From NCBI GenBank assembly GCA_963773685.1, contig CAVZBY010000011.1, forward strand, positions 469,532 to 533,531: a DNA stretch of 64,000 bases, in the 5' to 3' direction. The stretch's first letter is position 1. The number at the start of each line of letters is the position of its first letter. A model generated the notes under the pieces. That model saw only the letters and a program-made list of their open reading frames with translations, ran no database searches and had not been told where the DNA came from. This DNA is from Candidatus Aminicenantes bacterium (GTDB lineage Bacteria > Acidobacteriota > Aminicenantia > Aminicenantales > Saccharicenantaceae). The position numbers were made by a program, and so were the translations under genes. Below are positions 26,379-36,681 of the stretch, in pieces.

Positions 26379-28310
26379 CTACAGGATGATACGGATGAGC
26401 CAGGAAAGCAGGATGGCCACGGAGACGCTGAGGCCGACCGAGAGGAAGGCGACCTTCTTGCCGACCTCCCTCCAGAGGATGGCGAACGTGGAGAGACAGG
26501 GGATGAAGAAGCTGACGAACACGGTGAAGACGAGGAGCTGTTGTTTGGTGATGACCGCGAGGAGATCCCCGTAGCCGGTCCCGAGGGCCTGGAGCATCAT
26601 GATGAGGGAGAGCTCCTTGCGTAGGAACCCGAAGATGAGCGTCACGCCGAGCTCCCGGGGCAGGCCAAGGGCGCCCGACACGAGCGGGGCGAGGACCGCG
26701 TTGATAAGGCGGTCCACGTGGATGGCCTGGAGGAGCCCGAGGAAGACACTGCCCGCGATGAGGATGGGCCAGGCGAACCCGATGAACGACCGTAATTGGA
26801 AATAGGTCTTCTGCAGGACGTTCCCGAGACGGGGACGCTTCAGGGTCGGGATCTCCAGGATGAGACCCGGGGAAGGCGCCTTCGTGAACGAGGACAGGAT
26901 CTTGCCGAGGACGGCGACGAGCAGGATGTTGCCGGCATAGAAGGCCAGCGCCGCCCACGGCCCCAGGGCGAAGGCGACGAGGGCCAGGATGATCGTCGTC
27001 CGGGCCGAGCACGGGATGAACGGAATGAGGAGCGAGGTGATGACGCGGTCCCGGCGAGATTCCAGGATACGCGTGGAGACGATGGCCGGCACGTTGCATC
27101 CGAAACCGAGGATGAACGGCGAAACGGACTTCCCGTGAAGGCCGATGTGATGCATGAAGGCATCGAGCAGGAATCCCGCCCGGGCCAGGTATCCGAAGTC
27201 TTCGAGGAAGGCCATCAGGACGAGCAGGGGGATGAAATACGGAAGAACGATGGCGATCCCTCCGCCGATCCCCTGAACGAGCCCGTCGGCCAAATGGAAC
27301 AGGACGTTCGAGCCGAGATGCCGCTTGAGGTCGAGGCTGATCGCGGCGAAAGGCTTGAGAAGGAGGCCTTCGAGCGGGTTCCCGATCTTGAAGATGAGGA
27401 AGAAAAAGGCCATGAAGACGGCGAGGAGGATGACATACCCGTAGAAAGGGTGCATGATCACGGCGTCGACCTTTTTGTCCCAGGAGATCCCTATCCCCCG
27501 CGTGACTCGGCTGGCCTCCTCCGCGATCTTCAGGGCCAGGTGGTGGCGCTCCGCGGCGACGACCTCGTAGGCGGGCATGTTCCGGCCGGATTCGAGCTCC
27601 GCACGGACGCGCTCGACCTCGCCCTTGAGGGCCGGCTCGAGCTCGCCGAGCATGCGGTCGCAGAAGAGGCGATCGGCCTCGATCATCTTGACAGCCGTGA
27701 ACCTCCGGCCGGCCACCAGCGGGAAATCCTCCGGAAGGAGGCGGGCCATCTCCTCGACCCGGGCCTCGACGTCCCGCGACCACGCCGGAGGGCTCGGCAT
27801 GACGGGCCGTTCGAGGACGCGGAACGCCTCGTCCAGGAGCTCCTTCACGCCGCGGCCGCGCGAGGCGATGACCGGGACCACGGGGACGCCGAGACGCGCG
27901 GCCAGCTTGGCCGCGTCGATCCTGATCCCCTTCTTCTCGGCCATGTCGATCATGTTGAGCGCGACGACCATCGGGCGGCCGAGTTCGATGAGCTCCAGGG
28001 TGAACTCCAGGCTGCGGCCCAGGATGGAGGCGTCCACGACGTTGATGACGAGGTCGGGCTTCTCGGAGAACAGGTGGCGCAGGGCCGTCCTCTCGGCGGG
28101 GTCGGCCGGGCAGAGAGAATAGGTGCCCGGAAGGTCGACGATGTCGAGGAGGCGCCCCTCGATGGCGACGCGGCTGTGGGTATGTTTGACCGTCGTCCCG
28201 GGGAAGTTCGAGGTCTCCGCCTTCAGGCCGGCGATGGAGTTGAACAGCGTGCTTTTGCCGCAGTTAGGCTGGCCGACGAAGATGACCGAAGGGACGTCAG
28301 GGATGGCCAT
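26379..28310 (-). CDS. feoB: ferrous iron transporter FeoB (G-domain plus permease)
   Basis: 643 aa. The G1 motif is GQPNCGKSTLFN, followed by DLPGTYSL, with a polytopic C-terminal gate domain. Confidence 0.9.
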   Translation of the reverse strand: MAIPDVPSVIFVGQPNCGKSTLFNSIAGLKAETSNFPGTTVKHTHSRVAIEGRLLDIVDLPGTYSLCPADPAERTALRHLFSEKPDLVINVVDASILGRSLEFTLELIELGRPMVVALNMIDMAEKKGIRIDAAKLAARLGVPVVPVIASRGRGVKELLDEAFRVLERPVMPSPPAWSRDVEARVEEMARLLPEDFPLVAGRRFTAVKMIEADRLFCDRMLGELEPALKGEVERVRAELESGRNMPAYEVVAAERHHLALKIAEEASRVTRGIGISWDKKVDAVIMHPFYGYVILLAVFMAFFFLIFKIGNPLEGLLLKPFAAISLDLKRHLGSNVLFHLADGLVQGIGGGIAIVLPYFIPLLVLMAFLEDFGYLARAGFLLDAFMHHIGLHGKSVSPFILGFGCNVPAIVSTRILESRRDRVITSLLIPFIPCSARTTIILALVAFALGPWAALAFYAGNILLVAVLGKILSSFTKAPSPGLILEIPTLKRPRLGNVLQKTYFQLRSFIGFAWPILIAGSVFLGLLQAIHVDRLINAVLAPLVSGALGLPRELGVTLIFGFLRKELSLIMMLQALGTGYGDLLAVITKQQLLVFTVFVSFFIPCLSTFAILWREVGKKVAFLSVGLSVSVAILLSWLIRIIL

Positions 28311-28539
28311 CCGCGACCTCGACCCTTATCTTCCGGGCGATCCCCCGGCCGATGGCGACGCGGCTGCCGGAGGCGGTGTTCCGGACGAGGATGGGGCCTC
28401 TCAGGATGGCCGCCGAATCCAGCTCGATGATGTCGCCGGGATGGAAGCCCATGGACAGGAGCCTCCGCCGGACGCTTTCGCCCCCGGCGATGCCGAGGAT
28501 CCGCAGGGGCTTCAAGAGAGGCGCTTCGCAAAGGTCCAT
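28297..28539 (-). CDS. feoA: FeoA-family small protein
   Basis: 80 aa with an SH3-like FeoA pattern (RRLLSMGFHPGDIIELD..GPILVR..GSRVAIGRGIARKIRV). It overlaps the feoB start by 14 nt. Confidence 0.8.
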   Translation of the reverse strand: MDLCEAPLLKPLRILGIAGGESVRRRLLSMGFHPGDIIELDSAAILRGPILVRNTASGSRVAIGRGIARKIRVEVADGHP

Positions 28540-28702
28540 GTATTCGATCTCGTTTCTTGTTTCGATTTCCGCCCTCGCCCCGGGAGCGGTGACCGGTCTC
28601 CCGAGCCTTGCAGGATATTATAGCCTATCGGATGCGGGAACAGAAACGGCGAAGGGTCTCGTCCGCTTGCCGCGCCCCGCCGCGTCCGATATAATCGCTG
28701 GC

Positions 28703-30709
28703 ATGAAGAGAACCCCCGCCGTCCTCCTGGCCGCGGCCGCCGTTCTCGGGACCGTGGCCTGCGGGAGCCGGACGCCGTCCCGCGACCTTCCGGCGACGTT
28801 CGTCTGGGACAAGGACCAGACTTCCATAGATCCCGAGTCCGGCCGGATGAACGTCTGGGGAGGCTTTGCTGTCCGCGACGGCGAGTTCGCCGCGGAAAAG
28901 AACATGGCCCGCTTCATCCTGTGGAGGAAGTCCGGGTCGGACGTCCGTATCGCCGTCCAATACATCCTCCAGGGAAAGCCCTGCCGTTTCCTCGTCAACG
29001 GCGCGGCGGAGGGAACGCTCGCCCCTTCGCCGGGCCCGGCGTCCGTTTCATTCAAGGCCCGCCTGAACGCCGGTTTCAATTTCCTTGAGTTCGACAAGAC
29101 GACCAACGACGTCCTCAGGATCCGGTCCGTCTTCGCCGGGCCGCGCGAGGCGAACCCGCGCCGCCATCTCGGCGAGGACGAGTCCCTGACGGTGGGAACC
29201 GGCATGACGAAAGGGCGGCTGGTCTTCGCCGGGAGCGGCGTTCTGAGGATCACCGAGGCTTACTTCAGCGAGGGACACGAGACCGTCCGGACCTTCGAGC
29301 GGAAACCCGGATTGTTCTCTCGCAGGATCGTCTATGAATACGACGATCCGTCCCCCGGATATGCCACGTTCTCTCCGATCTCAGGAAGCTTCGACGTCGT
29401 CGAGCATTCCTCAGCCCAGGCCAAGGACGTGTTGGCCGCCGGGCTGCCGAAGCTCCCGGGCCGGCCTGATATCTTCATCTTCCTCCTCGACGCCTGCCGG
29501 CCGGATCATCTGGGGCTCTACGGCTATGCTCGGCCGACGTCGCCGAACCTCGACCGGCTCGCCGACGACGCCGTCGTCTTCGAGAACGCTTATGCGAACG
29601 CCTCGTTCACCCGGTCCAGCGTGGCCACGCTGTTCACCGGCCTTTACCCGGAAAGCCATAAGGTCAGGATCCTCGTGAACAAGCTCTCCGAGCGCTTCCT
29701 CACCCTCCCCGCCTTCCTCAAGGCCAAAGGGTACCGGACGTCCCTGTTCACGACGACCGGGAATGTTTCGCAGAACGTGGGATTCGCGCGGGGCATCGAC
29801 GACTATCTCCACTATATCGGGGGCTGGAGCCGGCGGGAGGGAAAGAGCCTGCCGGCCGATTTCGAAGCCTGGCTCGCGCATCAGGGACCGCTCTTCAGCT
29901 ATGTCCACTTCATGGAACCGCATCTGCCCATCTCGCCGCCGCCGCCTTACCTGGACATGTTCTCGGACCCGAAGGACCGGGCCCTCGCCCGCCGGGTCCT
30001 CGAGGCGTTCCAGCGGCGGATCGACGCCGGGAGCGCCTTCGACCCCGATGAGGTCAGGACGGTCGTCGACAATTACGATGAGGCCGTCGCCTATATCGAC
30101 GGGGAAGTCGGCAGGCTCCTGAAGAGCCTGAAGGACCGGGGCCTGTACGACGAAAGCCTGATCATCGTCCTCTCGGACCACGGCGAATCGCTCTACGAAC
30201 GGAAATTCTGGGGTCATGGGAACAAGGTCTACGAGGAAACGGCCCGCGTTCCGCTCATCGTCAAGTTCCCGGCGGCCGCCGGCCTCAGAGGCCGGGTCAA
30301 GGCCACCGTCGAGCTCGCCGGCGCATTCCCCACCGTGCTCGACCTCTTCGGCCAATCGCTCGGGCTGGACGGAAGGAGCTGGCTCCCCGCGATCGTCGCC
30401 CGGGAGCCGGATGACGCCTTGGCGGTAGCCCGCTCGTTCTCCGAGATCGGCGATTTCGGACTCCGTTGGCGCGACTGGTATGCCATTATCAACCTGGCCA
30501 CCGGCGCCGAGACCCTCTATCGACGCGCCGAACCCGTCTTCGAGGAGGAGGGAGCCGGGATGGACGCCGTGCGGCTCCTGTTCAAGGTCCGGTTCCTCGA
30601 GTGGCTCGTCCGGTTCGCCGAACGCGACGACCAGCCCGTTCCCACGGACCTCCGATCCCTTCCGAAGAACGAGCTGGAGAACCTCCGATCGCTCGGATAT
30701 ATAAAATAA
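28703..30709 (+). CDS. sulfatase-like hydrolase/transferase (alkaline-phosphatase superfamily) lipoprotein with a ~250-aa N-terminal extra domain
   Basis: The ATG at 28703 gives MKRTPAVLLAAAAVLGTVACGS (lipobox). The catalytic domain has DIFIFLLDACRPDHLGLYGY..NAYANASFTRSSVATLFTGLYP, with no C/S-x-P-x-R formylglycine motif. A later SDHGE motif is present. The track start at 28352 lies in the antisense of feoA. Confidence 0.75.
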   Translation: MKRTPAVLLAAAAVLGTVACGSRTPSRDLPATFVWDKDQTSIDPESGRMNVWGGFAVRDGEFAAEKNMARFILWRKSGSDVRIAVQYILQGKPCRFLVNGAAEGTLAPSPGPASVSFKARLNAGFNFLEFDKTTNDVLRIRSVFAGPREANPRRHLGEDESLTVGTGMTKGRLVFAGSGVLRITEAYFSEGHETVRTFERKPGLFSRRIVYEYDDPSPGYATFSPISGSFDVVEHSSAQAKDVLAAGLPKLPGRPDIFIFLLDACRPDHLGLYGYARPTSPNLDRLADDAVVFENAYANASFTRSSVATLFTGLYPESHKVRILVNKLSERFLTLPAFLKAKGYRTSLFTTTGNVSQNVGFARGIDDYLHYIGGWSRREGKSLPADFEAWLAHQGPLFSYVHFMEPHLPISPPPPYLDMFSDPKDRALARRVLEAFQRRIDAGSAFDPDEVRTVVDNYDEAVAYIDGEVGRLLKSLKDRGLYDESLIIVLSDHGESLYERKFWGHGNKVYEETARVPLIVKFPAAAGLRGRVKATVELAGAFPTVLDLFGQSLGLDGRSWLPAIVAREPDDALAVARSFSEIGDFGLRWRDWYAIINLATGAETLYRRAEPVFEEEGAGMDAVRLLFKVRFLEWLVRFAERDDQPVPTDLRSLPKNELENLRSLGYIK

Positions 30710-30733
30710 AATAAGAACACCGGAGATAAGAAC

Positions 30734-32815
30734 ATGAATAGAACACATTTCGTCAAGGCCGCGCTCCTGCCGGCCCTCTGGCTCGCCCTGATCGTTCCCG
30801 CCCCCGCCGACGAAGGCATGTGGCTCTTCGACAAGGCACCCAAAGAGCTGATCCAAAAGGATTACGGCTTCGCGCTGACCCAGGAATGGCTCGACCACGT
30901 CCGCCTGTCCTCCGTCGGGTTCGGCGGGGCCTCCGCGTCCTTCATCTCTCCGGAGGGGCTCGTCCTGACCAATCATCACGTCGGACGGGGTCTCATCCAG
31001 AACCACTCCACCGCGGAGCGGGATCTCATGAAAACGGGGTTCTATGCCCGGACGCGGGAGGAAGAGCTCAAGTGTCCCGGCGTCGAGCTGAGGGTCCTGG
31101 TCGAGATCATCGACGTCACGGAGCGGGTCCTCGGCGCCGAGACGCCGGATATGACGGTCTCCCAGGCCGCGGAAGCCAGGAACAAGGCCGTCGCCGAGCT
31201 GGAACGGGAAGCCCCGGCCGGGTCCGGCATAAGATATCAGGTGGTCAACCTCTACTCCGGGAGCATGTATCACCTCTACAAGTACAAGACCTACGACGAC
31301 GTCCGCCTGGTCTTCGCCCCCGAGAACCTCATCGCCTTCTTCGGCGGCGACCAGGACAATTTCACCTATCCTCGGTTCGATCTCGACATCTCCCTCTTCC
31401 GGGTCTACGAGAACGGGGAACCGCTGCGGACTCCCCACCACCTCAAGTGGGCGGCCCGGGACGTCCGGGAAGGCGACCTCGTCTTCTGCTCGGGCAACCC
31501 GGGTTCGACGGGAAGGCTCCTGACCCTGGCCCAGCTCGAATTCCTCAGGGACACGGCCTATCCGTTCTCCATCGCCAACCTCAAGCGCCGGCAGGCCCTT
31601 CTCCGCGAGTACGGGAAGAAAGGGCCCGAGGAGGCCCGCGTCGCGGCCCGCAGTCTGTTCGGCGTCGAGAACGGCCTCAAGGCCACCCTCGGATACCAAT
31701 CCGGGCTCCTCGATGCCGGGCTCCTTGCGAAAAAGGCCGAGGCCGAGCGGCTCCTGCGGGAAGCGGTAGCGCAGGACCCCGCCCTCGCGAAGGAGTTCGG
31801 CGGGGCCTGGGACGATGTCGCGGCGGCCCAGAAGGCCTTTGCCTCCCATTACAGGGTCTATACGTATTTCGAGCGATCGAACGGCTTCAATACGCCCTAT
31901 TTCGACCAGGCCCGGACCCTGGTCCGCAGGGCAATGGAGAAAGCCCGGCCTAACGACGTCCGCCTGAGGGAGTTCAGGGATTCCAGCCTCCCTTCGATCG
32001 ACCGCAGGGTTCTCGCCCCGTCCCCGGTTTACGACGAATTCGAGATCGTCAAGCTCGCCGACTCGCTGGCCCAGCTCCGCGAAGAGCTCGGGGACCTGAT
32101 CGAGGTCAAATGGATCCTCGGAGGCCGTGAGCCGAACGACGTCGCCCGGGACCTCATCTCCGGGACGAAGCTCAAGGACATCGCCGTGCGCAAGGCCCTT
32201 CTCGAGGGAGGCCTCGATGCCGTCTATGCTTCCGACGATCCGATGATCAAGCTGGCCCTTCTCGTGGATCCTCTTTCGCGCGGCGTCCGGACAAGGCACG
32301 AGAAGGAGGTCGAGGCGGTCGAAAGCCGGAGCGGGGCTCTGATCGCCCGGGCGATGTTCCGTCTCAAGGGGACAGCCATCGCCCCCGACGCGACTTCGAC
32401 TCTCAGGCTGAGCTACGGCGTCGTCAAGGGGTACGTCGACAAGGGCGTGAAAGTCCCCTATCGGACGACGTACGCCGGGCTCTATGAGCTGTCGCGCCGG
32501 GCCGGCAACAAGGATCCGTACGAGCTCCCGGCGACCGTGCTCGCCGAGGAAGCGGCCGTCGACAAGCGAACGCCCCTCAACTACGTGGCGACCTGCGATT
32601 CCATCGGCGGGAACTCCGGCTCGCCCGTCGTCAACCGCAAGGGGGAATTCACCGGCGTCCTCTTCGACGGAAACATCCAGTCCCTCCCGACCCGGTTCGT
32701 CTATGAGGACACGATCTCCCGCTCGGTCATGGTCCACGCCTCGGGCATCATCGAGGCGCTGGTCCGGATCTACGGAACCAAGCCCCTGGCCGACGAGATC
32801 CTCGGAAGGAAGTGA
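30734..32815 (+). CDS. S46-family dipeptidyl-peptidase (DPP7/DPP11-like)
   Basis: 693 aa. A signal peptide is followed by the hallmark ADEGMWLF. It has LTNHHV (catalytic His region) and the C-terminal DSIGGNSGSPVVNRKGEFTGVLFDGN (catalytic Ser). Confidence 0.85.
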   Translation: MNRTHFVKAALLPALWLALIVPAPADEGMWLFDKAPKELIQKDYGFALTQEWLDHVRLSSVGFGGASASFISPEGLVLTNHHVGRGLIQNHSTAERDLMKTGFYARTREEELKCPGVELRVLVEIIDVTERVLGAETPDMTVSQAAEARNKAVAELEREAPAGSGIRYQVVNLYSGSMYHLYKYKTYDDVRLVFAPENLIAFFGGDQDNFTYPRFDLDISLFRVYENGEPLRTPHHLKWAARDVREGDLVFCSGNPGSTGRLLTLAQLEFLRDTAYPFSIANLKRRQALLREYGKKGPEEARVAARSLFGVENGLKATLGYQSGLLDAGLLAKKAEAERLLREAVAQDPALAKEFGGAWDDVAAAQKAFASHYRVYTYFERSNGFNTPYFDQARTLVRRAMEKARPNDVRLREFRDSSLPSIDRRVLAPSPVYDEFEIVKLADSLAQLREELGDLIEVKWILGGREPNDVARDLISGTKLKDIAVRKALLEGGLDAVYASDDPMIKLALLVDPLSRGVRTRHEKEVEAVESRSGALIARAMFRLKGTAIAPDATSTLRLSYGVVKGYVDKGVKVPYRTTYAGLYELSRRAGNKDPYELPATVLAEEAAVDKRTPLNYVATCDSIGGNSGSPVVNRKGEFTGVLFDGNIQSLPTRFVYEDTISRSVMVHASGIIEALVRIYGTKPLADEILGRK

Positions 32816-32858
32816 ACGCGGATTGGACTTCGGAAGCGGCCCGGCTTAGGATAAAGGC

Positions 32859-34007
32859 ATGAGCGTCGCGGCGTCCAAGAGGGACGGGCTCAGGACCTGG
32901 GTCGAGCTGAGCCGGTCGGCGCTGGCCCACAATCTGCGGACCTTCCGGCATATCCTGGGACCGAACTGCCGCATCATGGCCGTGGCGAAATCGAACGGCT
33001 ACGGCCACGGCCTCTATGATCTCGTCCCGCTCCTCGAGGAGCTCGGCGTCGACGCCATCGGCGTGGATTCCATCGTCGAGGCGGCCACCCTGCGCCGGAA
33101 GGGCGTGACCAAGCCCATCCTCGTCATGGGGTTCACCCTCCCCAGCCGCTTCGGAGACGCCGCCCGGAACGGTATCGCCATCACCGTCTCGAGCTTCGAG
33201 GGCCTCCGGGCCCTGGCCTCAGCCGAGGATGGGAGAAAGATCAGGGTTCACATCAAGGTCGATACGGGCATGCACCGGCAGGGATTCCAGCCCGCCGAAC
33301 TGCCCGGGGTCCTGCGGTTCCTCAAATCCCGGCCCGGGCAGATCGCGGTCGAGGGCCTCTACACGCATTTCGCGGCGGCTAAGAACCCCGCCCGGCCGGC
33401 CGCCACCCGGGCCCAGATCGCCGAGTTCGAAGCGGCGGCGGCGGCCTTTGCCCGCGAGGGATTCGAGACCGTCCGCCACGCCTGCGCTACGGCGGGCGTT
33501 CTCAACTATCCCGAAGCCCATTACGACATGGCCCGGATCGGCATCGGACTCATGGGGCACTGGCCTTCGGCGGCGACGCGGCGCGCCTGGGAGGGTCGGA
33601 TCACCCTCCGGCCGGTCCTGTCCTGGAGGACGCTCGTCTCCGAGACGAAGCTCCTCCCGGCCGGCGCGTCCTTGGGCTACGACCTCACCGAACGGCTGGC
33701 CCGCGATTCGAAGATCGGGATCTGCCCCGTCGGGTACTGGCATGGCTATCCCTTGGCCCTCTCGGGAAAAGGGCAGGCTCTCGTCCGCGGCCGGAAGGTC
33801 CGTATCCTTGGCCGCGTATCGATGGATATGCTGGCCGTCGACCTCACCGACGCGGATGGAGCGAAGGCGGGGGACGTGGTCACTCTGATCGGGCGCGACC
33901 GGGGCGAAACCGTCGATGCCGACGCGACGGCCCGCCTGGCCGGCACGACCGTCTACGAGCTCCTCACCCGCCTCAATCCCCTGCTCCGGAAGATCCCTGT
34001 CCGCTGA
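32859..34007 (+). CDS. alr: alanine racemase
   Basis: 382 aa with the PLP-Lys motif IMAVAKSNGYGHG and C-terminal SMDMLAVDLT. Confidence 0.9.
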   Translation: MSVAASKRDGLRTWVELSRSALAHNLRTFRHILGPNCRIMAVAKSNGYGHGLYDLVPLLEELGVDAIGVDSIVEAATLRRKGVTKPILVMGFTLPSRFGDAARNGIAITVSSFEGLRALASAEDGRKIRVHIKVDTGMHRQGFQPAELPGVLRFLKSRPGQIAVEGLYTHFAAAKNPARPAATRAQIAEFEAAAAAFAREGFETVRHACATAGVLNYPEAHYDMARIGIGLMGHWPSAATRRAWEGRITLRPVLSWRTLVSETKLLPAGASLGYDLTERLARDSKIGICPVGYWHGYPLALSGKGQALVRGRKVRILGRVSMDMLAVDLTDADGAKAGDVVTLIGRDRGETVDADATARLAGTTVYELLTRLNPLLRKIPVR

Positions 34008-34051
34008 CCGGCAAATTGACTTTCCGGGGGCGTTCTGTTAATAAATAGGAA

Positions 34052-36667
34052 ATGTTCAAGTGGTTCATCCGTAAAGTTTTCGGGACGCAGAACGAACGCG
34101 ACCTGAAGAAGATCCGCCCGGTCGTTGCCGCCGTCAACGAGCTCGAACCCCGCATCCACGCCCTCTCGGACGACCAACTGCGCGCCAAGACCGCGGAGTT
34201 CAAGGAAAAGCTCTCCCAGGGAGCGACCCTCGACGACATCCTTGTCGAGGCCTTCGCCTGCGTCCGCGAGGCCTCCCGGCGGACCCTCAAGATGCGCCAC
34301 TTCGACGTCCAGATCCTCGGGGGCGTCGTCCTCCATGGCGGCCGCATCTCCGAGATGAAGACGGGCGAGGGAAAAACACTGGTCGCCACCCTCCCCGCCT
34401 ACCTCAACGCCCTCGAAGGCAAGGGCGTCCATATCGTCACCGTCAACGACTACCTGGCCAAGCGCGACACCGAATGGATGGGCCAGATCTACCGGTTCCT
34501 CGGCCTCAGCGTGGGGACCATCTATCACGACATCGACGAGAAGGTCCGCTACGACGCCTACCGCCGCGACATCACGTACGGCACGAACAACGAGTTCGGC
34601 TTCGATTACCTCCGGGACAACATGAAGTTCCGGCTCACCGACCTCGTCCAGCGCGAATTCAATTACGCCATCGTCGACGAGGTGGACAGCATCCTCATCG
34701 ACGAGGCCCGGACGCCGCTCATCATCTCCGGGCCGACCGATGAATCGACGGCTCTTTACTACAAGGTCGACAGCCTGGTCCGCCACTTCCACAAGGACAA
34801 GCACTACCAGCTCGACGAGAAGACGCGGACCGTGTCCATCTCCGAGACCGGCGTCGCCGAGGCCGAGAAATACCTCGGCGTTCCCAACCTCTACGACCTT
34901 GCCCAGATGGACCTTGTCCACGCCATCAATCAGTCCCTCAAGGCCCACACGCTCTTCAAGCGGGACGTCGATTACATGGTCAAGGACGGCCAGGTCATCA
35001 TCGTCGACGAGTTCACCGGGCGGCTGATGCCCGGCCGCCGCTACAGCGACGGCCTCCATCAGGCCCTGGAAGCCAAGGAGAAGGTCAAGGTCGAGCAGGA
35101 ATACCAGACCCTGGCCTCCATCACCTTCCAGAACTATTTCCGCATGTACAAGAAGCTCGCGGGGATGACCGGGACGGCCCTGACCGAAGCCGAGGAATTC
35201 CGGCACATCTACGGCCTCGACGTCGTCGAGGTCCCGACCAACATGCCCCTCATCCGCCTGGAATGCCCGGACGTCATCTACCGGACCTCGGGCGAGAAGT
35301 GGAACGCCGTCGTCGAGGAGATCATGGAGAGCCACGGCAAGGGCCGCCCCCTTCTCGTCGGCACGGTCTCCATCGAAAAGTCCGAGCACCTCAGCACCCT
35401 GCTCCGGAGGAAGAACGTCAAGCACGTCGTCCTCAACGCCAAGTACCACGAGCAGGAGGCCCAGATCATCGCCCAGGCCGGCCGCGTCGGCGCCGTGACC
35501 ATCGCCACCAATATGGCCGGCCGCGGCGTGGACATCCTGCTCGGCGGCAACCCCGAGTTCCTGGCCCGGGAAAACCTGAAGAAGGCCGCGATCGACCCGG
35601 TCAAGGCGACGCCCGAACAGCTCGCCAAGGCCACGGAAGAGGTCGCGGCAACGACGCTCGAGGAGCACAATAAGGTCGTCGCGCTCGAGGGCCTCCACGT
35701 CATCGGGACCGAGCGCCATGAGGCGCGGCGCATCGACAACCAGCTGCGCGGACGAGCGGGCCGCCAGGGCGACCCCGGCTCGTCCCGGTTCTATATGTCC
35801 CTCGAGGACGACCTCATGCGGATCTTCGGCAGCGACCGCATCTCGGGACTCATGGCCCGGATCGGGATGGGCGAAGGCGTCCCCATCGAGCACGCCATGG
35901 TCTCCCGGGCCATCGAGCGGGCCCAGAAGCAGGTCGAATCCCAGAACTTCTCCATCCGCAAGCATCTCCTCGAGTACGACGACGTCATGAACAAGCAGAG
36001 GGTGGCCATCTACGGCCAGCGGAAGGACATCCTCCACGGCAAGGACCTCAAGGAGTATTTCGCCGAGCTCGTCGAATCCATCCTCGACTGGCTCCTGGAT
36101 ACGTCGGCCAATAAGGACAAGCAGCCCGACGAGTGGGACAGGGACGGTCTGAAGACCGGCGTCTTCGCCCAGTTCGCCCTGGATATCGACAAGCTGGGCA
36201 TCGACTGGGGGGCCGTCACCCACGAGGACCTGCGGGAGAGGATCCTCGCCGCCCTGAAGGCGTCCTACGAAGACAAGGAGAAGCTCCTCGGCCCCGACCG
36301 CATGCGGGAGTTCGAGCGGATGATCCTCCTCCAGGTCATCGACTCCCAATGGAAGGACCACCTCCTCGAGATGGACCACCTCAAGGAAGGCATCGGCCTC
36401 AGGGGGTACGGCCAGAGGGACCCGCTCGTCGAGTACAAGAAGGAAGGCTACGAGATGTTCCAGGCGATGATGGACCGGGTGGAGGAGGACGCCCTGCGCT
36501 ACCTGTTCCTCATCCAGCCGGTCGTCTCCGAAGAGGCGCCCCAACAGCCCGTGCGGCGTGAGCGCCCGCTGTTCTACCAGAGGTCCGAAGGCGGGGCCGC
36601 GGAGATCGAGGCGCCGAAGGCGAAGGAGGCCCGGGCCACGATCCCCGGCCGCAGAAGGAAAAGATAA
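34052..36667 (+). CDS. secA: preprotein translocase ATPase SecA
   Basis: 871 aa with an [21 protein letters not shown]-terminus, [10 protein letters not shown] Walker A, and [19 protein letters not shown]. Confidence 0.95.
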   Translation: MFKWFIRKVFGTQNERDLKKIRPVVAAVNELEPRIHALSDDQLRAKTAEFKEKLSQGATLDDILVEAFACVREASRRTLKMRHFDVQILGGVVLHGGRISEMKTGEGKTLVATLPAYLNALEGKGVHIVTVNDYLAKRDTEWMGQIYRFLGLSVGTIYHDIDEKVRYDAYRRDITYGTNNEFGFDYLRDNMKFRLTDLVQREFNYAIVDEVDSILIDEARTPLIISGPTDESTALYYKVDSLVRHFHKDKHYQLDEKTRTVSISETGVAEAEKYLGVPNLYDLAQMDLVHAINQSLKAHTLFKRDVDYMVKDGQVIIVDEFTGRLMPGRRYSDGLHQALEAKEKVKVEQEYQTLASITFQNYFRMYKKLAGMTGTALTEAEEFRHIYGLDVVEVPTNMPLIRLECPDVIYRTSGEKWNAVVEEIMESHGKGRPLLVGTVSIEKSEHLSTLLRRKNVKHVVLNAKYHEQEAQIIAQAGRVGAVTIATNMAGRGVDILLGGNPEFLARENLKKAAIDPVKATPEQLAKATEEVAATTLEEHNKVVALEGLHVIGTERHEARRIDNQLRGRAGRQGDPGSSRFYMSLEDDLMRIFGSDRISGLMARIGMGEGVPIEHAMVSRAIERAQKQVESQNFSIRKHLLEYDDVMNKQRVAIYGQRKDILHGKDLKEYFAELVESILDWLLDTSANKDKQPDEWDRDGLKTGVFAQFALDIDKLGIDWGAVTHEDLRERILAALKASYEDKEKLLGPDRMREFERMILLQVIDSQWKDHLLEMDHLKEGIGLRGYGQRDPLVEYKKEGYEMFQAMMDRVEEDALRYLFLIQPVVSEEAPQQPVRRERPLFYQRSEGGAAEIEAPKAKEARATIPGRRRKR

Positions 36668-36681
36668 GGCTAGGAGGCCCC

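Noticed and set aside
26107-27783. A 558-aa minus-strand ORF and a 544-aa plus-strand ORF (26796-28430) overlapping feoB.
   Set aside because: They are out-of-frame or antisense shadows of feoB with low-complexity Arg/Pro/Gly-rich translations. The only meaningful piece at the 3' end is in a different frame, the TlpA-like remnant reported separately.
28540-28702. A Fur box upstream of feoA, around the AT-rich ggatattatagcctatc (about 28603-28620).
   Set aside because: Only about 7 of 19 positions match the GATAATGATAATCATTATC consensus by eye. A TATAAT on the minus strand is present, but the -35 is weak. This is not enough to report as a regulatory site.
29411-32737. A 1108-aa minus-strand ORF. 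Similar giants occur at 22226-25129 (967 aa), 59385-62153 (922 aa), 33953-36544 (863 aa), 36670-38301, 8903-10153, 6831-8096, 56654-58087 and 15105-16184.
   Set aside because: All lie antisense to genes with unmistakable family signatures (sulfatase-like, S46, uvrB/uvrC, the M14 gene and the bEBP, secA, guaB and others). All have the Arg/Gly/Pro/Asp/Glu/Val-rich composition typical of stop-free shadow frames in GC-rich DNA. None shows a motif of its own.
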